Below are positions 1 through 11,870 of a DNA stretch of 32,000 nt, piece after piece. Position 1 is the first letter of the stretch; every line of letters starts with the position of its first letter. Origin of the DNA: Desulfobulbus propionicus DSM 2032 (lineage in GTDB: Bacteria > Desulfobacterota > Desulfobulbia > Desulfobulbales > Desulfobulbaceae); assembly GCF_000186885.1 (NCBI RefSeq), contig NC_014972.1, forward strand, positions 2,880,001 to 2,912,000, read 5' to 3'. The position numbers and the translations under genes are program-made. The notes under the pieces were generated by a model. The model had not been told where the DNA came from, made no database searches, and worked only from the letters and a program-made list of their open reading frames with translations.

Positions 1-4368
<4,368 letters not shown>

Positions 4369-4484
4369 CCTGGGAAGGCGGTTGAAGCGAAAAACCTCGA
4401 GGAACAGAGCGTTAAAAGGCGGGAACAGCAAGTTCCGCGCGGCCCGATGACGAACGGACCGGGCGGAACCGCGAACTGCAGGAG

Positions 4485-4514
4485 GCAGCGCCGCCAGCGG
4501 CGCCGCTGCGTTTC
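4485..4514. terminator. GC-rich hairpin between convergent genes (possible bidirectional terminator)
   Basis: 'gcagcgccgcc agc ggcgccgctgc' forms an 11-bp stem with one mismatch and a 3-nt loop. It is followed by 'gttt' on the + strand. It sits between the kinase stop (4368) and the lipoprotein stop (4520). The U-tract is weak. Confidence 0.35.
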
Positions 4515-4519
4515 AGGCC

Positions 4520-4930
4520 TCAATCATGCTGCCAGCGATTCGAGCCGGGAGCGGGGCACCTGGACGAATCGGAGGATCTGATCGACCGCACCCGGCCGTC
4601 GGCGGCATCCATCTGGATGCACTGATCAGTTTTATAATTATACCACCAGCTTCTGGTGCCCTGCCGGCTTTTCTTCTGATCCATCCGCTCAAATCCGCGG
4701 CGGCGCAGCTCATTGCGGGCATGGTCGGTGGACCGGTTGTCCAGGTCGTTGACATACACTGGCCGGCGATACCCGTACTCCCGGTCGTAACGGCTCCGCG
4801 AATCGTATCGACGGTCATCGTAATAACCCTGTTCCGCCGGCACCACGCAGCCGGCCAGGGTGAACAGGCCTGCCGCCGCCAACAGCATGGCCCCCCAGCG
4901 AATACCTGATTGTTGCTCGTGTCTCTCCAT
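4520..4930 (-). CDS. Small lipoprotein, unknown function (R/Y/D-rich, 136 aa)
   Basis: I chose the internal ATG at 4930 because AGGAGG lies about 7 nt upstream ('ccaggaggcaggcATG'). The N-terminus 'MERHEQQSGIRWGAMLLAAAGLFTLAGC' is a signal peptide ending in the lipobox L-A-G-C. The 20 upstream codons of the tracked ORF lack an RBS. Confidence 0.6.
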   Translation of the reverse strand: MERHEQQSGIRWGAMLLAAAGLFTLAGCVVPAEQGYYDDRRYDSRSRYDREYGYRRPVYVNDLDNRSTDHARNELRRRGFERMDQKKSRQGTRSWWYNYKTDQCIQMDAADGRVRSIRSSDSSRCPAPGSNRWQHD

Positions 4931-4985
4931 GCCTGCCTCCTGGTTGTCAACCCTGCCCTCATGCCGGGCGGTGTGGGTGGATGTG

Positions 4986-5001
4986 TGCATTCACTTTGCC
5001 A
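4986..5001 (-). promoter_or_regulatory. Candidate sigma-54 (-24/-12) promoter upstream of the lipoprotein gene
   Basis: The minus strand reads TGGCAAAGTGAATGCA. GG and GC are separated by 10 nt, as in the consensus TGGCAC-N5-TTGCA. It lies about 55 nt upstream of the ATG at 4930. An inverted copy, TTTGCCA, lies 14 nt further upstream (5017-5023). Single-site pattern match only. Confidence 0.25.
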
Positions 5002-5063
5002 CAAACGCGGCGGATTGGCAAATCACCCACGACAAAAAGGTTGTCCGGCCAGGCCCGCCGCGG

Positions 5064-6038
5064 CTATTCGCGGAGGATGGTGGATCGCCGCTCGGCATCC
5101 TCGGGGAAAACGCGGCCGGTGCGCAGGCATTCGAAGATGTGGTCAAAGACCACCCCGGGCTTGCCCGGGGTCCGGCCGCTGCGGAAATAGGAATGCCCCT
5201 TGGGATGGTCGTAGCTGTTGTTGATGTCGTCGCAATCGACGATGTACACGTTTTTCGGCGTCAGTTCCATGTTCTCCGGACCGCTGTGACCAAGGCGGCG
5301 GGAGGCGATCTTGTTCTTGAGATTGGCCGCCTTGCTGCTGCGCAGGGCCATGTCGTCCGAGGCGAAGTAGACCACCACATTGCGCGAGGCATCGCAGATC
5401 AGCTTGCCGCGCTCGCTACGGTGGATGGATTCGTTCTCGATATCGGCGGCCACCAGAAAGGTGTTGCGGAAAATCAAGGGGACGCCGTCGGCCAGGTCGT
5501 AGCGGTCCCAGGCGGCCAGGGTTTCGCGCAGCACCCGGTTGCCCATGGAGTGGGCGAGCACATTGATCCGTTTGAGGCAGGGGTCGGAGTCGGGATCGTT
5601 GAGGTTGGAGTTGCGCCATTCGATAAACCGGCACAGGGCGCGGGCAAAGGACGAGGCGCTGCTGTCCGCCGATTTCTGATCGTCCCAGTAATCCTTGACA
5701 ATGCCCAAATCGTTGTCGCAGGGCCAGATCACCGGCACCACCAGCACCTCCCGAGCCGATTTCTGATCGCACAACTGCTGAAATTCCATCGCGGCGCCGA
5801 ACACATCCTCGGGCAGGTTGGAAAAACCGTGGATATACAGCAGCAGCTGCCGGTAGGGCGACTGTTTCAGGGCGGTCATGAAGTTGAGGCCGCCGACCTC
5901 GGTGATCTGCCCGTCCTGATCGCGGCGACAGAAAAACACCGAGTTGCTGGGGGCGTTGTTGCGCAGGTCAAAATCAAACTTCCGCCCGACCTTGGTCTGA
6001 ATGGACCCTTTGGGAAACCGGTTGGTGATGAAGAACAT
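5064..6038 (-). CDS. Alpha/beta hydrolase, DUF900/COG4782-like esterase-lipase superfamily, no signal peptide
   Basis: 324 aa, with AAGGAG 6 nt upstream of the ATG. 'LLLYIHGFSN' oxyanion region, nucleophile elbow 'LAHSMGN' (GxSxG-type), and later acidic/His candidates 'FASDDMA' and 'LGHSG'. Normal amino-acid composition, unlike the antisense ORF 4860-6059. Confidence 0.75.
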   Translation of the reverse strand: MFFITNRFPKGSIQTKVGRKFDFDLRNNAPSNSVFFCRRDQDGQITEVGGLNFMTALKQSPYRQLLLYIHGFSNLPEDVFGAAMEFQQLCDQKSAREVLVVPVIWPCDNDLGIVKDYWDDQKSADSSASSFARALCRFIEWRNSNLNDPDSDPCLKRINVLAHSMGNRVLRETLAAWDRYDLADGVPLIFRNTFLVAADIENESIHRSERGKLICDASRNVVVYFASDDMALRSSKAANLKNKIASRRLGHSGPENMELTPKNVYIVDCDDINNSYDHPKGHSYFRSGRTPGKPGVVFDHIFECLRTGRVFPEDAERRSTILRE

Positions 6039-6420
6039 GGTTCGCTCCTTGTGCTATGAGAATCATGGCCTAGCCGCAAGGGGAAAACGCGGTCTTCCCC
6101 GTCCCCCCTCCGCCCGGCATGGCCGCTACAAGTTCCAGTAACACCCAGGCAAGGGAAAAACACAATGCAGGAAAAATAGGAAGAAAATGGATAGAGTGTA
6201 TATCTCTTGACAGGCTCGCCCCGAAATGGGGAGATTCCCCCTTTTACCAAGGAAAATCGGGCCCGATCGTCTCCGCGCTTGACGGGTGAGGCTTTATGCG
6301 AAAAAGTGTATCGTGTTGTTTTTGTTGGCCGCACGATGCCGGGACGTCTGTCTGCTTGCAACATCACCGGCAACCGTGTCACCGTGGACGTGAACCGAAA
6401 CTTTGGCGGGAGGTGCTTCC

Positions 6421-6756
6421 ATGATCAAAAAAATACTCCTCGGATGCGCGTTTGGCGCGATGGTGCTGTCGTGGTCGCCGGCAGCGGCCTATGGTCCGTA
6501 CAGCAGCGGCGTTGAACATGTCGGCGAGCGGACCGCCTCCTTTCTCGCCTCACCCTTTGTGGCCGCGTTTGATCCGTCGCCCGGCGCCGCCCGTCACGGG
6601 CGGCCGATATATCTGTCGCCCCCTCCGGTGCCGCCGGGCATGTGCCGCTGGGAGCGCCAGGTGCTCGATCAATTCGGCCGGCCGGTCCTCGATCAGTATG
6701 GCCAGCCGCTGCGGGAATACACCATCGCCCCCTGCCTGACGCCGCCACCCCAGTAA
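6421..6756 (+). CDS. Small exported protein, unknown function (111 aa)
   Basis: ATG at 6421 is preceded by GGGAGG (6408-6413). Signal peptide 'MIKKILLGCAFGAMVLSWSPAAA'. Internal near-repeat 'LDQFGRPVLDQYGQPL'. Followed by a terminator hairpin. Confidence 0.5.
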   Translation: MIKKILLGCAFGAMVLSWSPAAAYGPYSSGVEHVGERTASFLASPFVAAFDPSPGAARHGRPIYLSPPPVPPGMCRWERQVLDQFGRPVLDQYGQPLREYTIAPCLTPPPQ

Positions 6757-6782
6757 GCCGTTTTTCCCGCCCTGATACGGCT

Positions 6783-6821
6783 CGCCCCGGCCGGAGTGTT
6801 TCCGTGCCGGGGCGTCTTTCC
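6783..6821 (+). terminator. Rho-independent-type terminator after the 6421-6756 gene
   Basis: Perfect 9-bp stem 'cgccccggc'/'gccggggcg' (6783-6791 / 6806-6814) with a 14-nt loop, followed by 'tctttcc'. Confidence 0.5.
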
Positions 6822-6877
6822 TGCCTTGGGCCCGTACCGCCGCCCGCGAACAGCCGCTGGCGCACCCCGTGTCCGGG

Positions 6878-7459
6878 TCAGGGCTCGATTTTCGTGCCCA
6901 GCACCTGGAGAAATTGAGCCAGCCAGGCGGGATGGGCGGGCCAGGCCGGCGCGGTGACCAAGACCCCGTCCACATGGGCCGCATCCACCGGAATGTCCAC
7001 ATACCGTCCGCCGGCGCGGGTCACATCCGGTCCGACCGCCGGATAGGCCGAGCAGGCCCGGCCCTCGATCACCCCGGCCGCGGCCAGCAACTGCGCCCCG
7101 TGGCAGATGGCGGCCATGGGTTTGCCCGCCTGGGCGAAATGCTGCACCATGGCGATGACCGCCGGGTTGAGGCGGATATATTCCGGCGCCCGGCCACCGG
7201 GGACCACCAGGGCATCGTAGTCCTCGGCCTTGATGGCGGCGAAATCGGCGTTGAGGGTGAAGTTGTGGCCCGGTTTCTCGCTGTAGGTCTGATCCCCCTC
7301 GAAATCATGGATCGCGGTGCGCACGTATTCTCCAGCCTTCTTGCCCGGACAGACCGCATGCACGGTGTGCCCGACCATCCGCAGGGCCTGAAAGGGCACC
7401 ATCACCTCATAATCTTCCACATAATCGCCCACCAGCATGAGAATTTTCTTGGCTGCCAT
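6878..7459 (-). CDS. DJ-1/PfpI family protein (intracellular protease/deglycase-like)
   Basis: 193 aa, AAGGAG RBS. '[23 protein letters not shown]' N-terminus and nucleophile elbow '[12 protein letters not shown]' (Cys-His), typical of the PfpI/YhbO class. Confidence 0.9.
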   Translation of the reverse strand: MAAKKILMLVGDYVEDYEVMVPFQALRMVGHTVHAVCPGKKAGEYVRTAIHDFEGDQTYSEKPGHNFTLNADFAAIKAEDYDALVVPGGRAPEYIRLNPAVIAMVQHFAQAGKPMAAICHGAQLLAAAGVIEGRACSAYPAVGPDVTRAGGRYVDIPVDAAHVDGVLVTAPAWPAHPAWLAQFLQVLGTKIEP

Positions 7460-7584
7460 AGTTGCTCCTTGTGTGTCATTTTGGTTGGTTCATCTTCCCC
7501 AAGGGGGGACTGTCCATGAGGGCTTTTTTCCACGCTGGGCCGCTTCGCCATTCAGCTGAACAGCCCCGCGCATGGATACGGATC

Positions 7585-8490
7585 TTACTCCGTACCGATG
7601 CGCAACTCCAGGGTAATGGTCGTGCCGGGCTGGCAGCCGGGGCTGCTTGTGCCCAGCCGGTGCTTGATCGTGGCCGACGAGCGGCGCAGCCACTGCTTGA
7701 ATTGGTCGCGGCTGACCGTCAATCTGACCTGGTCGCCGCAGCGCGGTCTGAGCTTGGCCGCATTGTGGGAAGAAGAGAACTCGATGTCCGGGCCATCGAT
7801 CTTGAGGGTCACGCCCCGGCTGTCGCTGGCCGCGCTCACCACCCCATCGGATCTGCCGGGATATTCCTCGCCATCGGCGATCTGCCACATATCCAGTGCA
7901 TGCCATTTGGCGCAGGCCGACGGGGCCCCTCTGTACTGGGCGCACACCCGGCCGCGAAACTCCGAGGCGTCGATCTCGGTGGACAGGGTTTGGATGACAT
8001 AGTCCTCCCGGCTGCCGTTTTGGATGACGATCAGATTGCCGACAAAGGTTTCCTGAATGGTGTATGCAATTTCCTGCTTGCCCTTGCCACGCAAAGAGGA
8101 CGAGGCGCCGCTTTCGATGCGGATCGATCCTGCAAGCGGAATGGCCCGGGCGACGGACGTGGAGTTGCCGTACCGCTTTTTCTGGTTGATCAGGGCCCGG
8201 CGGCGCTTGATTTCGTCTTCCGGATAGGGGGCCTGGGCAGCTTCCCGCCTGGATGCGCCGAACGATGACTGCGCACAGCGCTTGCCGTACTGTCCGGCCA
8301 GTTTGTCCAGCTCGGCCTGCATCCGGGCCAGGGCCTTCTTGTCCTTGGTTTTCTCCATGGCCGCGCTCAACGACTCCAGGCGCGTCAACAGGGCCTCGCA
8401 GCTTCCCGGCGCGGGCGCGGCAGCCGTGCACGGGCGCGGCAGGCCAACGCCCAGCAGGAGAATGATCATCAAACGACAGACAAACGGCAT
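7585..8490 (-). CDS. Exported hypothetical protein (301 aa)
   Basis: AGAGGA RBS 3-4 nt before the ATG at 8490. Hydrophobic N-terminus 'MPFVCRLMIILLLGVGLP...CTAAA'. A K/E-rich helical segment is followed by a beta-rich C-terminal part. No family recognised. The overlapping 390-aa ORF (7490-8662) is R/P/G-rich and judged spurious. Confidence 0.6.
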   Translation of the reverse strand: MPFVCRLMIILLLGVGLPRPCTAAAPAPGSCEALLTRLESLSAAMEKTKDKKALARMQAELDKLAGQYGKRCAQSSFGASRREAAQAPYPEDEIKRRRALINQKKRYGNSTSVARAIPLAGSIRIESGASSSLRGKGKQEIAYTIQETFVGNLIVIQNGSREDYVIQTLSTEIDASEFRGRVCAQYRGAPSACAKWHALDMWQIADGEEYPGRSDGVVSAASDSRGVTLKIDGPDIEFSSSHNAAKLRPRCGDQVRLTVSRDQFKQWLRRSSATIKHRLGTSSPGCQPGTTITLELRIGTE

Positions 8491-8525
8491 GGTCCTCTTT
8501 CCCGGTACCTAACAGAGGGGGGCAT

Positions 8526-9755
8526 TCATCGCCTGCGGCAGGATCGGGCCGCCACGATTCCGGCCGCTTCCAGGGCAACGATCTCCTCTTCGCCGATTCC
8601 TGCCTGAACAAGCAGGTCACCGCCGCCTTCGCCCACCGCCGGCGGTTGAAGGCGCAGGTCAAACGAATGACCGTCGAGCCGCAGCGGCAATTTGGGCAGC
8701 TTGACCTCTTTGCCGGACGGCGTTTCGGTGACCGCCAGACCGCCGGATTGGTTCATGTGCGGATCGTTCCACAGGTCAACGGGCTGGCAGACCGGGGCAA
8801 AGGGAATGCCTGCCCGCTCGGCCAGGGTGGTCAGTTCTTCCCGGGTCAGCATGTGCAGTCGGTTCTGCAATTCGGGGAAAAACCAGGAACGCGCCTCGAT
8901 CCGGCCCTGATTGGTGGCCAGCCGAGGGTCCTCGGCCCAGTCGGCAAAACCGAAGGTGGTGCAGAATCGCCGCCAATGGCGATCCGAGGTGATGCCGATG
9001 AACACCTGCAAACCGTCACGGGTGGTGAACAGCTCGTAGACTGACCAGGCACGGCCGCGCTCGGGCATGGGCGGCGGCACCTGGCCGGAAACGCCCGCGC
9101 CGGCCATGTGCTGCCCCATGAGAAAGGCGACCGATTCGAACAGCGTGGCCTGAACCACCTTGCCCTGGCCGCTCTGCTGGCGTTCGAGCAGGGCGGCCAG
9201 AATGCCGATCACCCCGAAGCTGCCGCTGAGGATATCGGTGACCGACGCCCCGGCCCGCATCGGCTTGCCGCTGGGCCCGGTCATGTAGGCCAGTCCGCCC
9301 ATCATCTGCACCACCTCGTCCAGGGCCAGACGATGCGCGTAGGGACCGGGCATGAATCCCTTGAGCGAGCAGAACACCAGGCGCGGATTGCGCTGGCGGC
9401 AGATCTCGGCGCCGATGCCCAAGCGGTCGACCGTGCCCGGGGCAAAGTTCTCGATCAACACATCGACCTGCTCCACCAGACGCAGAAACAGGTCCCGGCC
9501 CTGATCGCGCTTGAGGTCAATGGCCAGGCTCTTTTTGTTGCGGTTGAAACAGGTGAAGAACCCGGCGCCAAAACCCTGCAGCCAGCGGGTGTCATCGCCC
9601 TTGCCCGGCCGCTCGATCTTGTAGACGTCGGCCCCGAGATCGGCCAGGATCAAGCCGCAGGCTGGTCCCATGATGTTGTGCCCCAGTTCCAGCACCCGGA
9701 TGCCCCGCAAGGGAAGAGAAGGGGTCGCTGCCTGCTCGTGCTGTTCGCTGTCCAT
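8526..9755 (-). CDS. Family III CoA-transferase (CaiB/BaiF/Frc-like)
   Basis: 409 aa, AAGGAGG RBS. N-terminal signature 'LRGIRVLELGHNIMGPACGLILADLGADVYKIERPGKGDDTRW', characteristic of class III CoA transferases. Confidence 0.9.
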   Translation of the reverse strand: MDSEQHEQAATPSLPLRGIRVLELGHNIMGPACGLILADLGADVYKIERPGKGDDTRWLQGFGAGFFTCFNRNKKSLAIDLKRDQGRDLFLRLVEQVDVLIENFAPGTVDRLGIGAEICRQRNPRLVFCSLKGFMPGPYAHRLALDEVVQMMGGLAYMTGPSGKPMRAGASVTDILSGSFGVIGILAALLERQQSGQGKVVQATLFESVAFLMGQHMAGAGVSGQVPPPMPERGRAWSVYELFTTRDGLQVFIGITSDRHWRRFCTTFGFADWAEDPRLATNQGRIEARSWFFPELQNRLHMLTREELTTLAERAGIPFAPVCQPVDLWNDPHMNQSGGLAVTETPSGKEVKLPKLPLRLDGHSFDLRLQPPAVGEGGGDLLVQAGIGEEEIVALEAAGIVAARSCRRR

Positions 9756-9849
9756 GCTGGCCTCCTTGTCCGGCCAATCGTCCGAGGGAACGTTGCTCTT
9801 GGTTGCTGATTGTGCCGGTGTTCACGCGGATGCGATCACACCCGCCGGG

Positions 9850-10518
9850 TCATTCTTCTGCTCCACCCGGCCTTTTCGGCCCGGGCTTTTGCCGCCGCAG
9901 CCTGCGGCCCAGCTGCTGTTCCAGGCCGATCACAAACGGCTCGTCGCCCAAGGGACGGCCGGTGCGTTCATGACGGTGGAGCAGATCGAGTTCCTCGGCG
10001 GACGACAGGGAGAGAAAGGCGCGCCAATCGCCGACCAGGCCGAGCAGCGGCTCGGGGTCGGTCAGACCGTCATCGATGCCGTGGAGATGGGCACGGGCGC
10101 TGCTCCAGGGGTAGTCATCGGGATGCGTCGCCAAGCCGGCGGCCACCGGGTTCATTTCGATGTAGCGGGCGGCGGCCAACAGGTGGCGGTCATCGAGGGG
10201 AAAGGAGGCAAACCGCTCCTGCCAGAGATGGCCGCGCCAGTTCTCGCGGCCGTTGACGCGCAGGGTATAGCGGCGGTGGGCCTCGCCAATGGTCCGCGCC
10301 AACCCATCCTCGGTCCGTGGTACGGCAATCAGATGCACATGGTTGGGCATCAGGCACCAGGCCCAGATGGCCACCCCTTTTTTGGCGCACCACTGGGCCA
10401 TCAGATCGAGGTAGACCTGATAATCGTCATCGCAAAAAAAGGTTTGCTGCCGACGATTGCCCCGCTGGGTGATGTGATGCGGCACCCCTGGGACTATGAC
10501 ACGGGCGATTCGGGCCAT
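9850..10518 (-). CDS. HUH/Y1 transposase-like protein (IS200-like, REP-associated tyrosine transposase [RAYT]/COG1943 type), orphan copy
   Basis: I chose the start at ATG 10518 ('MARIARVIVPGVPHHITQRGN'). HUH motif 'PNHVHLIA' and catalytic-Tyr helix 'AARYIEMNPVAAGL'. I could not find terminal hairpins or REP arrays flanking it. Confidence 0.8.
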   Translation of the reverse strand: MARIARVIVPGVPHHITQRGNRRQQTFFCDDDYQVYLDLMAQWCAKKGVAIWAWCLMPNHVHLIAVPRTEDGLARTIGEAHRRYTLRVNGRENWRGHLWQERFASFPLDDRHLLAAARYIEMNPVAAGLATHPDDYPWSSARAHLHGIDDGLTDPEPLLGLVGDWRAFLSLSSAEELDLLHRHERTGRPLGDEPFVIGLEQQLGRRLRRQKPGPKRPGGAEE

Positions 10519-10726
10519 GCGCTCACTATAGCGGTTCGCTGAAAAATTGCATCGATAAATATACTGTCCCTTGAATTGAAGATGGATAGACAGAGTATCC
10601 ATTCTCTATGCGAATTCCCTGTATTGATTTCCATGAGGCTTTTACGCATTGTTACACTCACAGACAGGGGGTCATCTGCTTGGCCTAAGCGAATCACCGC
10701 CCAAGGGCATCAACAAGGAGGGAGTT

Positions 10727-11077
10727 ATGAAAAAATTGTATGCAGTCATGTTGGGAATCATTGGCGCGGCCGTTCTGTTCGGCTCGATCAGCACGGCGAA
10801 CGCGGCCTGCGGCACCTATGGCAAGGTGGTCTATTCCTATCAAAATCCTTCAACAATGACGCTGTACGTCATTCCGCCGGTCACCGTGTTACCATCATAT
10901 TACATTTATTACACTATTCCAACGACCACAGTTGGATACTCAGCGTTGGTCAACAAAATCAACGTGGCACAGGCCACGGGGCAGAAGCTGTACATTAACG
11001 GCAGCGGCACATGCACCAGCGGCACGGCCCGTAACGGTGGCACGGTGCAGGCCGTGTATGGATTGTCAATCATGTAA
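10727..11077 (+). CDS. Small exported Tyr/Thr-rich protein, unknown function (116 aa)
   Basis: AAGGAGGGAG RBS before the ATG at 10727. Signal peptide 'MKKLYAVMLGIIGAAVLFGSISTANA'. Two Cys in the mature part. Lies in a locally AT-rich region with atypical codon usage. Confidence 0.55.
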   Translation: MKKLYAVMLGIIGAAVLFGSISTANAACGTYGKVVYSYQNPSTMTLYVIPPVTVLPSYYIYYTIPTTTVGYSALVNKINVAQATGQKLYINGSGTCTSGTARNGGTVQAVYGLSIM

Positions 11078-11143
11078 ACATACGGTACCTTTAATCGATT
11101 CATCGTTGCTTGGGCCAAGCACTCAACCAGCACAACGGAATTG

Positions 11144-11737
11144 ATGAACAAACTGCATAATATTTGGGCGGCGGTCTGCCTGGTGATGAGCTTGGCCGCT
11201 TTTGCGGCCGGCCACTGGTCGGCGACCCGCAAGATGGACCACCGCCCGCACCCGGTGCCGGCGGTGGAAACCGGAACCCGGACCAGCGCGGCGCCGCCCG
11301 GAACCACAGGTTTACCGCCTCGGGAGGAGGCGTCCAGCGAGCTCACCGCCGCGCCCTCATTCTCCGCCAGTCCGCCGGCCGCGGACAACGTGCCGCCAGA
11401 ACAGCTTCCCCTCACCCTTCCCCAACCGCCCGAGGATATGGGCGCCCTGCAGCGACAGGAACTCGAGCACCTGAAGAAAATGGTGGCTGAATCCCTGCGC
11501 ACCAGCGGCGCTTCCGAAGAGGAAATCAAGCGGCAGCTCGCGGAGCAGTTTCCTCCGTCTCCTGAAGCTGAAACCGCTGCCTCGCGACAAGCGCTGGAAA
11601 CAGCAACCGAAGTATCGCCTGAACAGGTGGCAAAGGAATTTGCCGAATCCCTGCGCGCGGCAGGGGCGTCTGACGAGGAAATCAACCAGGCATTAAAGGG
11701 TCTTTCTCCCTCAGCGCCGGAAGAACGCGGGAAATAA
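11144..11737 (+). CDS. Membrane-anchored Pro/Glu-rich protein with a duplicated 18-aa motif, unknown function
   Basis: N-terminal TM 'IWAAVCLVMSLAAFAAGHW'. The motif 'AESLRTSGASEEEIKRQL' (11486-11539) is repeated as 'AESLRAAGASDEEINQAL' (11642-11695). I preferred the ATG at 11144 over the TTG at 11141. The RBS is weak. Confidence 0.45.
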   Translation: MNKLHNIWAAVCLVMSLAAFAAGHWSATRKMDHRPHPVPAVETGTRTSAAPPGTTGLPPREEASSELTAAPSFSASPPAADNVPPEQLPLTLPQPPEDMGALQRQELEHLKKMVAESLRTSGASEEEIKRQLAEQFPPSPEAETAASRQALETATEVSPEQVAKEFAESLRAAGASDEEINQALKGLSPSAPEERGK

Positions 11738-11870
11738 AGAGCGTCGGCCCGAGGCCTCCCGCTTTCCCACGAGGGGGCCTGACGCTGAATGTCCGGCCGC
11801 CGACAACGGGCAGGAAAAGAAACGATCCCGGCGCGGGGTCACGCGGATCAATCATGCAAAAGGAGGAATC

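Noticed and set aside
4860-6059. 399-aa plus-strand ORF opposite the DUF900 hydrolase
   Set aside because: Shadow ORF with a G/A/V/H/D-rich low-information sequence. The minus-strand frame has an RBS, a nucleophile elbow and normal composition.
6187-6195. Shared 9-mer ATGGATAGA at 6187 and 10574 as a possible mobile-element end repeat
   Set aside because: Only 9 nt are shared, both copies lie in AT-rich spacers, and one such coincidence is expected by chance in 64 kb of two-strand sequence.
6207-6515. 102-aa plus-strand ORF in the hydrolase upstream region
   Set aside because: No RBS. It overlaps the better-supported 6421 start in another frame and has an R-rich, low-complexity sequence.
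7490-8662. 390-aa minus-strand ORF overlapping the 301-aa exported protein and the CoA-transferase 3' end
   Set aside because: R/P/G-rich sequence, no RBS, and it runs across the intergenic gap. The alternative frame (7585-8490) has an RBS and a signal peptide.
9756-10726. Complete IS200/IS605-type insertion sequence around the Y1 transposase
   Set aside because: No subterminal imperfect hairpin pair, no tnpB and no target-site signature recognisable. Only one short hairpin (10574-10594) on one side.
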